Assembly (NCBI GenBank): GCA_046318155.1
Contig: JBKCUU010000105.1
Coordinates: 1-33,808 of the forward strand
Reading direction: 5' to 3'
DNA from: Bdellovibrio sp.
GTDB lineage: Bacteria > Bdellovibrionota > Bdellovibrionia > Bdellovibrionales > Bdellovibrionaceae
Length of the DNA: 33,808 nucleotides
The position numbers were made by a program, and so were the translations under genes. Positions within the stretch are counted from its first letter, which is position 1, and each line of letters begins with the position of its first letter. The notes under the pieces are model-generated. The model ran no database searches and was not told the DNA's origin. It was given only the letters and a program-made list of their open reading frames with translations. This document shows positions 9,019-16,836 of this stretch, in pieces.

Positions 9019-9456
9019 CTAGGGAACCCGAGTCCAAATGTAGGTCAAAGTTTCATCGCCGAGGTTCAGCTCTGTCTCGAGAGTGTCTTGGGTCAAGTGC
9101 AGGGGAGTTTGGCTTTTACTTCCCATCTGCATATCAGGGTCACGTCCACAGTCAGCGCCATTGTTCGGGTTGACCCAGAAGACCTCTTGGATGAGGAGTC
9201 CGTTTTGAACGGTAAATCGTGCTTTACGCTCACAAAAACCGCGTTCGCCAATGCGGGTCCAATGAAGGCGATTAGTTCCATCGCCAAAAAATTCGAAGCG
9301 CAAGACAAGATCGGGATTAGGGCGCGGTCTAACCTGTCCTTGGTAGCGGATGCTGGTGAACTCCCAAGTACCGAAAATGGCGGCGGGCGTGTCAGCAGAA
9401 AGCATCGGCGAAAAACCTAAAACAAGACTTAAAAAGACCAAGTGAGATAACGACAT
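9019..9456 (-). CDS. Secreted lipocalin-like domain protein (~145 aa)
   Basis: Start MSLSHLVF... with GGAG RBS; signal peptide; IFGTWEF (GxW lipocalin-type motif), F.F..DG, beta-barrel pattern ending ETLTYIWTRV; two Cys. Confidence 0.65.
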   Translation of the reverse strand: MSLSHLVFLSLVLGFSPMLSADTPAAIFGTWEFTSIRYQGQVRPRPNPDLVLRFEFFGDGTNRLHWTRIGERGFCERKARFTVQNGLLIQEVFWVNPNNGADCGRDPDMQMGSKSQTPLHLTQDTLETELNLGDETLTYIWTRVP

Positions 9457-9700
9457 GCCATTCTCCGCCTCTACATCTCTAAGGCCTGTAGAGAGACAGA
9501 CATATACCTGAAAACGCTGAACTCCGGTACCAGATTTCTCTGCCGGAAAAACCTTCAATGCCTCACCCTAGGGGGCTCCCCAAAAAAGGCACTGTCTCAC
9601 CTGTTGACAGGTCACATTGACAGAGGCGCCCCTTAAAGCGCTTTACAGCGGCATAGATCTTTCATTGAATCTTCTGAGGTCTGATCTAAGGGGAGTTTTT

Positions 9701-10591
9701 ATGACATTTATCGTGGCCGAGACCTTTGTTTTTTTTTCGGCACGCATGAGCTTTGCTGTGAAGCTCGCCTTTTTTTGTGTTTCGTTGTTCACGAGCCTCG
9801 TTTCGGCCAAGGCTCCTCGCCATCAAAGTATTTGCACCAATCAAACTGCCCGCCAGGTGATGTCGCAGCCCAATTTTTTTCGTCCCGTCAGTGAGCTCAA
9901 ATCTGTAATCGAAAAGAATGATCTGATCCTTTTGGGCGAGCTGCATTTTGATCTTCCGGGTTCACGCCAAGCGGTGATCCAAGCTTTGGCGGCCTTGACC
10001 ACCGAAAAAACCTGTTTTTTTTATGAGCTTCGCTCCAATAAAACGATCCAGCAGCACCTCATCGAGATGCGCAGGCCCTACTACGAGCTCAATCTTGAGC
10101 AGTTCTCCGAAATTCATAGTGCCGCGATCGCAGCAAAAATGATCGAAATCACAGTCGATTCAGATAACGAAAGCCAGTACAACATGGACCTTCCTAATTT
10201 GAACGAGCGCAACGAAGTCATGGCGCGAAACATGGCCGCGGCTCTCCAATCGGGTCTGTGCAAAAAAGGAATTTTAATCGTCGGCAAATCTCACCTCGAA
10301 AGAGAAGGTGCGGATTGGTTAAACATTCAAGACTATCTCAAACCTCATGCGATTAAGGCCGTCGCGATTAACCTCCAAAACTCGAAAGAGCGCATTGGAT
10401 TTTCGTCGGATCCAGAATTGTCTTCTTGGAATGGCGTTTGCCCCAAGCGCACCGGACTGGCAATCTTCCGTGACTTGCGATTCTTTGAACATAAAGACCT
10501 GCCGCAAACTCTCTCATTTCAGCCGATAGCCAAGCGGCCCACGGGCGCTTGGAGAGATTTTGACTATACGATATTACTCCCAGTTAAATAA
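9701..10591 (+). CDS. Secreted ChaN/EreA/TIKI(TraB)-superfamily protein
   Basis: GGGAG RBS before ATG 9701 (alternative ATG 9746); hydrophobic N-terminus; motifs LILLGELH, FFYEL, ERNEVMARN, LIVGKSHL match the GExH/E/RN/GxxH pattern of this fold. Confidence 0.65.
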   Translation: MTFIVAETFVFFSARMSFAVKLAFFCVSLFTSLVSAKAPRHQSICTNQTARQVMSQPNFFRPVSELKSVIEKNDLILLGELHFDLPGSRQAVIQALAALTTEKTCFFYELRSNKTIQQHLIEMRRPYYELNLEQFSEIHSAAIAAKMIEITVDSDNESQYNMDLPNLNERNEVMARNMAAALQSGLCKKGILIVGKSHLEREGADWLNIQDYLKPHAIKAVAINLQNSKERIGFSSDPELSSWNGVCPKRTGLAIFRDLRFFEHKDLPQTLSFQPIAKRPTGAWRDFDYTILLPVK

Positions 10592-11416
10592 TCAAATCTC
10601 GCGCCGCAAAAATTTTTGCCACCACTTTTTTTTTCGTGGTGGAACTGGGAGCGTCCAATCAAATTGCTTTAACATTTGCAGCCCCTCCTCACTCGTTTTT
10701 GCTTGGAGCAAAAACGAATCAATCTTTTGCTGCCAGACTTCTTTGGTTTGCCAATAGTGATGAATGACATCATCGCTCGGCGAAACCTTGCCTGTTGATT
10801 GCAGAAAATAAGAAACAGCCAGCTGCTCGATGACGTGCTTTTGATAACGTGCGTACGCCACATCGGTAAACTCGATCATTTGATCGAGAAGATCAAAGTG
10901 TTGGGGGTGAAGACCGATGACACCCGCGTTCCACATCGACGTGGTGCTCGGAACCTGCAAAACACCGCCCCTCAGGGGAAACACGTTCTTGCGGCAAAAT
11001 TTAGCCATTTTTTTTGTCAAAGGGTCGCGGGCCTGATCCAGCCGGCTCTCTTCGAGATGCATAAGATGATGGCCCGGGCCCATGCGAGATCTTAAAGAGT
11101 CGGGGCTTTGCAAAAAAATCGTGTCGCCGTCTAAGTACAAAAGTGGTTCGTTTAAGTTTTGCGATGCCTGTTTGAGAACTTCGAGCTTCACTCGGTGAAC
11201 GAAATCAATTTCTCCGCGCCAGGCTTTAATCTTCTCGGGAGTCATGGCGACGATCACAACACGCGGGGTGCTTTTAAAAAAAGAGGTCAGGCGCTGAACT
11301 TGATCGGTATAAATCCAAACTTCGTCTGAGGAATTCCACCTTAGAACGGTCAGGACAGAAAAAATCGACTGATCAATGATGTCTTTGCGGCCGTAAGCTT
11401 GGACGACGATTCTCAA
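10592..11416 (-). CDS. GT-A fold glycosyltransferase, GT8-like
   Basis: YLDGDTIF (DxD), WNAGVIG, EQLAV and IHHYW resemble the GT8 DxD/NxGV/DQ/HY motifs; basic-aromatic C-tail (PPRKKKWWQKFLRR); 22 nt downstream of the UDP-xylose synthase gene. Confidence 0.65.
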   Translation of the reverse strand: MRIVVQAYGRKDIIDQSIFSVLTVLRWNSSDEVWIYTDQVQRLTSFFKSTPRVVIVAMTPEKIKAWRGEIDFVHRVKLEVLKQASQNLNEPLLYLDGDTIFLQSPDSLRSRMGPGHHLMHLEESRLDQARDPLTKKMAKFCRKNVFPLRGGVLQVPSTTSMWNAGVIGLHPQHFDLLDQMIEFTDVAYARYQKHVIEQLAVSYFLQSTGKVSPSDDVIHHYWQTKEVWQQKIDSFLLQAKTSEEGLQMLKQFDWTLPVPPRKKKWWQKFLRREI

Positions 11417-11438
11417 GTTGAACGACCTTTCTTAAAGG

Positions 11439-12431
11439 CTAGGTTTGTGTCGCCAAACTCTCGAGCCAAGCTCGCATTTTAACCAAACCCTCTTCAAGAG
11501 GGACTTTGGGCGACCAACCAACCAAATGTTTTTTCGCCTTGGTCAGGTCAGGCCGGCGCTGACGAGGGTCGTCCTTCGGCATTTCCATGAAGCGTATGTC
11601 GAGCTTGCGATCAGAAAACATTTTCTGCACGATTTGTGCGAGTTCTAAAATCGTAAACTCGCGGTCGTTGCCGATGTTGACAGGTTCGATCAATTCCGTT
11701 TGCGCGTAAAGTTCGATCCCTGCGCAAAGATCATCGACAAAGCAAAAGCTACGCGTCTGTTTACCTTCACCAAAGATGGTGAGGGCTTTGCCTTCTAGGG
11801 CCTGAACGAGCAGGTTGATCACGACACGTCCGTCGGAAGGGTTCATGCGAGGGCCGTAGGTATTAAAGATCCGAACAAAGCCGTGATGGGTGTTCTTCTT
11901 TAAGTTGTGCGTGAAAATCAAGGATTCGCCAAAACGTTTGGCTTCATCGTAGCAAGATCGCACGCCCACCGTGTTGACATTACCCCAGTAAGATTCCGGC
12001 TGGGGCGAAATGTCGGGGTCTCCGTAAATTTCACTTGTCGAAGCAAAGACAACCCGGGCACCAACGCTATCGGCAAACTCAAGGGCACGGTTTGTTCCAA
12101 CTGAATTGACCCACATCGTCTCGAGCGCCATTTCTTGATAAAGCGGGGGCGAAGCCGGGGAGGCAAAGTGCAAAACATGACTGACTTTTTTCTGAACAAA
12201 ATCAGGAATCGTCTTGAGCCACGAATCCCAAGGCGCTGTGACATCAGCTTCAACAAAAAAAAGTCGGTCGGCAGCCTCAGGCAAAGACTCGAGGTAGGGG
12301 CGGTTCGCCTTCAGGCCCGTGCAAAAGTTGTCGACCGCGATGACTCGGTGGCCTTTTTTCAAAAGCCGTTCGGTCAAATGCGATCCTAAAAAACCACCGG
12401 CGCCGGTAATCAGAACGTTGTCAAAACCCAT
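11439..12431 (-). CDS. UDP-glucuronate decarboxylase (UDP-xylose synthase), extended SDR family
   Basis: ITGAGGFLGSH, HFASPASP, FASTSEIYGDP, YWGNVN..GVRSCYDEAKR, RIFNTYGPRM...DGRVV, DDPRQRRPD: UXS signature motifs; start taken at MGFDNVL. Confidence 0.92.
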   Translation of the reverse strand: MGFDNVLITGAGGFLGSHLTERLLKKGHRVIAVDNFCTGLKANRPYLESLPEAADRLFFVEADVTAPWDSWLKTIPDFVQKKVSHVLHFASPASPPLYQEMALETMWVNSVGTNRALEFADSVGARVVFASTSEIYGDPDISPQPESYWGNVNTVGVRSCYDEAKRFGESLIFTHNLKKNTHHGFVRIFNTYGPRMNPSDGRVVINLLVQALEGKALTIFGEGKQTRSFCFVDDLCAGIELYAQTELIEPVNIGNDREFTILELAQIVQKMFSDRKLDIRFMEMPKDDPRQRRPDLTKAKKHLVGWSPKVPLEEGLVKMRAWLESLATQT

Positions 12432-12622
12432 CCCTAAGGAACTATCAAATTCAAACCTGCCTTGCAATGTCGTCGTCGAGCCGGCCCCGGGGTTGATTTG
12501 GATTATTGGTCCAGTTTTAAAGCGCTGGATCTCGCCCAACTCACCGAAGCGTGAAAGATTGGTGTCATCGAGTTAGGGGGCTGTGAGGCTCTATTGAAAG
12601 ACTTAAGAGGGGGATTCCAAGG

Positions 12623-12808
12623 ATGGAAAAAGCTCCATTTCAACAAGTAATCGAATTAAGTGGCTTGCCCGAGAACGAGGCCAGCGATTTTTTGCACCAG
12701 GCGTTTCAAAAGTGCGGCTTGAGCTTTCAGGATGGCGACCTTGAGGACTTGCGTTCGGTCTTGACCGATATGCTCCAAGATCTGATTCTCGCGACCGAAG
12801 AGCATTAG
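12623..12808 (+). CDS. Small acidic helical hypothetical protein (61 aa)
   Basis: ATG with purine-rich RBS (AGAGGGGG/AAGG); amphipathic helical pattern; followed by a strong hairpin. Confidence 0.65.
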   Translation: MEKAPFQQVIELSGLPENEASDFLHQAFQKCGLSFQDGDLEDLRSVLTDMLQDLILATEEH

Positions 12809-12827
12809 CCGCAATTTTATGGCACTC

Positions 12828-12869
12828 AAGAAAAGAGAGAGCGCAATTGCGCTCTCTCTTTTCTTTTTT
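12828..12869. terminator. Bidirectional intrinsic terminator (perfect 38-bp palindrome)
   Basis: AAGAAAAGAGAGAGCGCAA|TTGCGCTCTCTCTTTTCTT (12828-12865) plus T tract, between the convergent small ORF and rplI. Confidence 0.85.
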
Positions 12870-12913
12870 AACATTTGATTTTACCCAGAGGCCAAGGCCT
12901 CCAGACTTAACGA

Positions 12914-13357
12914 TTATGTCCGCTCAACAACAACCTGGATGGTTGCCTCGAGGCCTTCGCCCATTTTGATCGAAGCTTTGTGTGTCCCCAAAACTTTGAT
13001 TTGCTCTTCCAGGTGGATGTCACGTCGGTCAATCGAGAATCCCGCTTTTTCAAGCTCACGAGAAATGTCAGAGGTCGTGATCGAACCAAAAATTTTATCA
13101 GTATCAGCTGCGGCCATTTTGAACTTCACAGATGTTCCGCTGATTTTAACCAAGGTCCCTTTGCGCTCTTCAATTGCCTTTTTCTTTTTTGATTCAGCAA
13201 CGGCCTTTAAGTGTTCCCATTGTTTTGCTTTTTTCTCGGTCGCCTCTTCAGCCAACTTGCGAGGAAAAAGAAAGTTTCGAGCAAATCCGGCCGAAACATT
13301 AACCACTTCGCCAGTTTTACCCACATCTTTAACGTCTTTATTCAGAATAACTTTCAT
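12914..13357 (-). CDS. rplI: 50S ribosomal protein bL9
   Basis: [26 protein letters not shown]-domain; KIFGSIT..DI and IK.LG.H C-domain; 147 aa. Confidence 0.98.
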   Translation of the reverse strand: MKVILNKDVKDVGKTGEVVNVSAGFARNFLFPRKLAEEATEKKAKQWEHLKAVAESKKKKAIEERKGTLVKISGTSVKFKMAAADTDKIFGSITTSDISRELEKAGFSIDRRDIHLEEQIKVLGTHKASIKMGEGLEATIQVVVERT

Positions 13358-14286
13358 ACATGTTCCTTATTGTTTTGGTCTTTTTCAGGCAGCGAATTCC
13401 CTCTCATCCGTCGTCTAAAATCAACCCAGTAATCGACAAGGCCAACCAGGCTCAGCAGGAAAAAGAGCTGGCCAACCACAAATACATAAATCAGCAATCG
13501 AATTAGAAAGCCGACGCGATAATGCGCAAACGCACTTTCTAAAACTGCGAGTCCTTGAAAAAAGTAGGCGCCGACCATCACGTTAAAAACATTCAACGCG
13601 ACAACAGAAACCCAAGGGTTGTCCATTTTCAAGAAGCTGAGCAAAAACGAGAACATCGCAACCCAAACCATAAAGTCGGGCATTCGGAACTCAAGCAAGC
13701 GGATTCCTGCGGCCGCTCGCTCAAATCGAAGTCCTGCTAAAAAAGCCACTCGGCGGTCCAAAATCAAGGCGAATGCCAACGAGCTCAAAACCAAAATTGC
13801 CATCATGGATGGGAGCTGGTTAATCAAGAACTGGGCATCGATCTTGACTCCCGAGAGCCAAGACGAGGGTTCTTTTGTCGACGGCATCTGCTTGAGAATG
13901 TTGTCCAAGCTTTGATGCAAGATTTCATTCAGATTGATCCCCGTCCACTGAAGCAGAAGCCAAGGTCCTACAACAGACAGAACGGTTCCCAGGAAGACAG
14001 ACCAGAAAGCGGCCGCAAAGCCAGCCTTTCCGCGATCTTCAAACTCCCCATAGACACCGATACAGACCCATATGCCGATGAGCAAAAAGGCAATGGGACC
14101 GAGCCCTAACATTGCGAGCACAAATGTCGCAACGGCTCCTGATGTCCAGTAAAGAGTCGCGCCCCCAACGTTTCGAAGGACTCGAAGCAGTGGTGCCCCC
14201 AAGAACGAAAACAAAATCGTCACGACGGCAGCCAGTGCTGTCAGGGCGATAAGTTTTTTCTTCGAGGCGGGCCGGATTATCGTCAT
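13354..14286 (-). CDS. DUF2232 (YybS-like) integral membrane protein
   Basis: Multiple TM segments, YFFQGLAV and [13 protein letters not shown]-terminal motifs; canonical position upstream of rplI with 4-nt overlap. Confidence 0.88.
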   Translation of the reverse strand: MTIIRPASKKKLIALTALAAVVTILFSFLGAPLLRVLRNVGGATLYWTSGAVATFVLAMLGLGPIAFLLIGIWVCIGVYGEFEDRGKAGFAAAFWSVFLGTVLSVVGPWLLLQWTGINLNEILHQSLDNILKQMPSTKEPSSWLSGVKIDAQFLINQLPSMMAILVLSSLAFALILDRRVAFLAGLRFERAAAGIRLLEFRMPDFMVWVAMFSFLLSFLKMDNPWVSVVALNVFNVMVGAYFFQGLAVLESAFAHYRVGFLIRLLIYVFVVGQLFFLLSLVGLVDYWVDFRRRMRGNSLPEKDQNNKEHV

Positions 14287-14357
14287 GGAGATGTTCTCTC
14301 TTAACTTTTAAAATTTTTCTTAAATACAAAATCAAAGGCAAAGATCAAAAGCGAAGA

Positions 14358-14900
14358 TTAGTACTCGCCTTTGCCACCGCGGTCACCACGGTCACCGCGG
14401 TCACCACGATCGCCTCTGTCGCCACGATCGCCACGATCGCCGCGGTCAAAACCGCCGCCACCCTCGCGAGCCGCTGCGAAAGCCGCACGACGTGCTTGAG
14501 CTTTTGCTTCGCGCTCTTTTTCGCGGTTTGCAGACTCGGTCAGGCCTTTTTTGAACGCCTCGAGGTACTTCGCCAATGAGGTGCGGGTGTCGAGTTTGCC
14601 GTGCATGAAACGCAAAACTTTGTCGTTGATGCGCATGGTCCGCTCGATCTCCATGATCGCAGCCGGTTGTGATTCAAACAACGCATGGAAGTAGATTCCT
14701 TTTTTTAGCTTGCCGATGGGATTTGCAAGTGTGCGTTTTCCCCAAGTTTCCAAAGAAAAGACGGATCCTTTGAAATTTGAGATGATGCTTTTGTTCTTAG
14801 TGAACAATGCTTTTTGCTCTTCGAGAGTTGCGTCGGGATGCATGATCACGACGACTTCAAAAGGGCGCTTCTGGTCTTGCGACCGTTCTACTGTAGCCAT
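14358..14900 (-). CDS. rpsF: 30S ribosomal protein bS6 with long C-terminal extension
   Basis: RPFEVVVIMHPD, ETWGKRTLANPI.K..KGIY, EIERTMRINDKVLRF; 180 aa including a charged helix and (DRG)8 tail. Confidence 0.97.
   Translation of the reverse strand: MATVERSQDQKRPFEVVVIMHPDATLEEQKALFTKNKSIISNFKGSVFSLETWGKRTLANPIGKLKKGIYFHALFESQPAAIMEIERTMRINDKVLRFMHGKLDTRTSLAKYLEAFKKGLTESANREKEREAKAQARRAAFAAAREGGGGFDRGDRGDRGDRGDRGDRGDRGDRGGKGEY
14376..14447 (-). repeat. 9-bp tandem repeat x8 encoding (Asp-Arg-Gly)8
   Basis: Plus strand accgcggtc accacggtc accgcggtc accacgatc gcctctgtc gccacgatc gccacgatc gccgcggtc; variation is synonymous. Confidence 0.97.
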
Positions 14901-14904
14901 TTAA

Positions 14905-14950
14905 GGTCCTTCCGGTTAAAGCTTGCGGGGATACCCACAAACAAGGATTT
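14905..14950 (-). ncRNA. S6:S18 ribosomal-protein leader (autoregulatory 5'UTR structure)
   Basis: UCCUU-[GUUUGUGGG uauc CCCGCAAGC hairpin]-uuuaa-CCG-g-AAGGA: the outer stem sequesters the SD and an unpaired CCG lies on its 3' side, the architecture described for S6:S18-binding leaders. Confidence 0.72.
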
Positions 14951-15058
14951 GTGTCTTGTTAAGTCTGGGCTGGTTTAGCATCTTTGAGCTGGGGCGACAA
15001 GCCCTCGACTCTGCTTTTCTTGAGGGCACACCCAAACTCGGGCTAAACTCTAGAGATC

Positions 15059-15760
15059 ATGCTGGTTTACCTCGAAATTCTAGATGGACCCTCTGCCGGA
15101 CAACGCCACCCCGTTTGGGAGGGCGTTCGTATCGGCCGAAGCACCGGCGAGGTCCTGCTCGATGATGCCAAAGTCTCGTCTTTGCACGCTCAAGTCGAAG
15201 CAGACAAGCGCGGGTCTTTGGTTCTAGCTGATCGAGATTCGGCGAACGGCCTCAAAATCAATGGGAATAAGGTCAAGCGAGTGGCCTTGCTGCTTGGCGT
15301 TAGGTTCCAAGTTGGAAGAACAACTTTGCGCGTAGCTGAAATCTCGGATGAAAAACCGCCGGAGCGGGTGATTCCGATTCAGACTCGTGCCTGGAAGGAC
15401 GTCTTGCTCGAAAAAGTCCCGATTCGCGCCAATAAAAATCGCGACAACTCGATGACGGTTGAGGCCTTTCGGCCCGCCTTGCAGCTGGACTTTATTGAGG
15501 GTCAACAAATGGACCATCAAGTTTTGCTGGGATATGGTCCTCGCCGCTTTGGTTCTGATGTTTTGGATGTCGAATTGATTGAGCCACTCTGTCCTCCGCT
15601 GGCTTTTGAAATCCGCTCCGAGGGCGGCGCTGCCTATTTTAAAACCCAGTATCCAAAGTTGGTGCTCCTGAACGACGTCGCAACGACCGAGGCTCCCTTG
15701 AAAGAGGGTGACCGTATCCGCATCGGACAAACCTTGATTCAAGTGAGTTTTGCCTTATGA
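15059..15760 (+). CDS. Double FHA-domain protein
   Basis: N-terminal FHA with IGRS..., VSSLHAQV, D.DSANGLKING; C-terminal degenerate FHA ending LKEGDRIRIGQT. Confidence 0.88.
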   Translation: MLVYLEILDGPSAGQRHPVWEGVRIGRSTGEVLLDDAKVSSLHAQVEADKRGSLVLADRDSANGLKINGNKVKRVALLLGVRFQVGRTTLRVAEISDEKPPERVIPIQTRAWKDVLLEKVPIRANKNRDNSMTVEAFRPALQLDFIEGQQMDHQVLLGYGPRRFGSDVLDVELIEPLCPPLAFEIRSEGGAAYFKTQYPKLVLLNDVATTEAPLKEGDRIRIGQTLIQVSFAL

Positions 15761-16626
15761 AAACTGTCCCAAAAGAAATCTCGAGCTTTAGAACCAAAGA
15801 TGGCGCTGAGGTTTATTATGAGGTTCGCGGCGAAGGCGAGCCCGTCGTTTTTGTTTACGGCATCGCCTGCTTACTGAATCACTGGCATCATCAACTTCAT
15901 TATTTTGCGGAGAACATGAAGGTTTACGCTTACGATTTGCGCGGCCATCATCAGAGCACCGCGGGTGACCCCGCAAAGCTCACCGTTAAGGGTATGGGCG
16001 AAGATTTGGCCGAACTGCTGGAGCACTGGGGGCTCAATCAGGTGCATTTAGTTGGACACAGCTTTGGCGTGCCCGTTTTGTTTGAAGCCTACAACATTGT
16101 ACCCCAGAGAATTAAGTCTTTAAGTTTCATCAATGGCTTTGCGCAAAATCCAATCAAAGGGATGTTTGGCCTCGATGTCGTCGAACCTTTTTTTCATTTT
16201 GCAAAAGGCCTCTACGAAAAAAATCCCGCACTTTTCAAAACGACATGGAAGGCCGCTGTCGACAATCCTCTTTCTATTTTTATGTCGGGCCTAGCGGGCG
16301 GCTTTAACCTTCAGCTCACCCAATTTAAAGATATCGAAGTGTATGCCCGAGGAGTTTCTCAACTCGATCTTTCGGTCTTCTTGCCTTTATTCGAGAACAT
16401 GATGACCTTCGACGGACGCAAAATCGCCGAACAAATCAAAGTCCCAACTCTCGTGATGGCCGGCGAGCGCGACTTCGTGACCCCCTTCAAATTCCAGGAA
16501 GACATGCACCGCCTCATCAAGGGTAGCGAACTCGTCCGTCTCCCCTATGGCTCCCACTGCTGCCAACTCGACTTCCCCGACTACGTCAACCTCCGCCTAG
16601 AAAAACACTTCCACCGCCCCTCTTAA
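15757..16626 (+). CDS. Alpha/beta fold hydrolase
   Basis: YDLRGHHQS, nucleophile GHSFG, acid GERD, His GSH; ATGA overlap with the FHA gene. Confidence 0.92.
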   Translation: MKTVPKEISSFRTKDGAEVYYEVRGEGEPVVFVYGIACLLNHWHHQLHYFAENMKVYAYDLRGHHQSTAGDPAKLTVKGMGEDLAELLEHWGLNQVHLVGHSFGVPVLFEAYNIVPQRIKSLSFINGFAQNPIKGMFGLDVVEPFFHFAKGLYEKNPALFKTTWKAAVDNPLSIFMSGLAGGFNLQLTQFKDIEVYARGVSQLDLSVFLPLFENMMTFDGRKIAEQIKVPTLVMAGERDFVTPFKFQEDMHRLIKGSELVRLPYGSHCCQLDFPDYVNLRLEKHFHRPS

Positions 16627-16700
16627 AGTAAGCGGCCTCGCAAAGAGAGTAGCCAGACGCAACCCCTTCTACAAACAAACCCTTGTCCAAACAGTCCAAT

Positions 16701-16790
16701 CGCCAGAGCGCCCGTAGGGGCGCGCACCCGAACGGACATCTATGATCACGGAGGCCCAAAGGGCCGACCAAAAGACGGAGATGTACGCAC
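16701..16790. repeat. Structured intergenic element (REP/MITE-like or ncRNA candidate)
   Basis: Hairpin GCGCCC-gtag-GGGCGC (16708-16723); hairpin GGCCC-aaa-GGGCC (16753-16765) enclosed by CGGACATCT/AGATGTACG (16733-16741/16779-16787). Single copy in this window. Confidence 0.5.
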
Positions 16791-16836
16791 AAATTGTTGG
16801 CATCCTCTTTGCCCCTACAGACATCGAGAGGTGCTT

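Noticed and set aside
9729..9776. T9 and T7 tracts near the ChaN-like gene start as phase-variation sites
   Set aside because: Similar A/T runs occur throughout the window, including core genes; the frame is intact and T9 may lie upstream of the alternative start.
8802..12539. Longer ORF-track N-terminal extensions (starts 8915, 9558, 9617, 12539)
   Set aside because: Non-ATG starts whose extensions lack family motifs; downstream ATGs give proper signal peptides or domain starts, two of them with clear RBSs.
14287..14357. rpsR remnant/pseudogene
   Set aside because: 71 nt of AT-rich sequence with no recognisable S18 motif.
14376..14447. RGD integrin-binding motifs in the S6 tail
   Set aside because: S6 is cytoplasmic; RGD arises trivially from the DRG repeat register.
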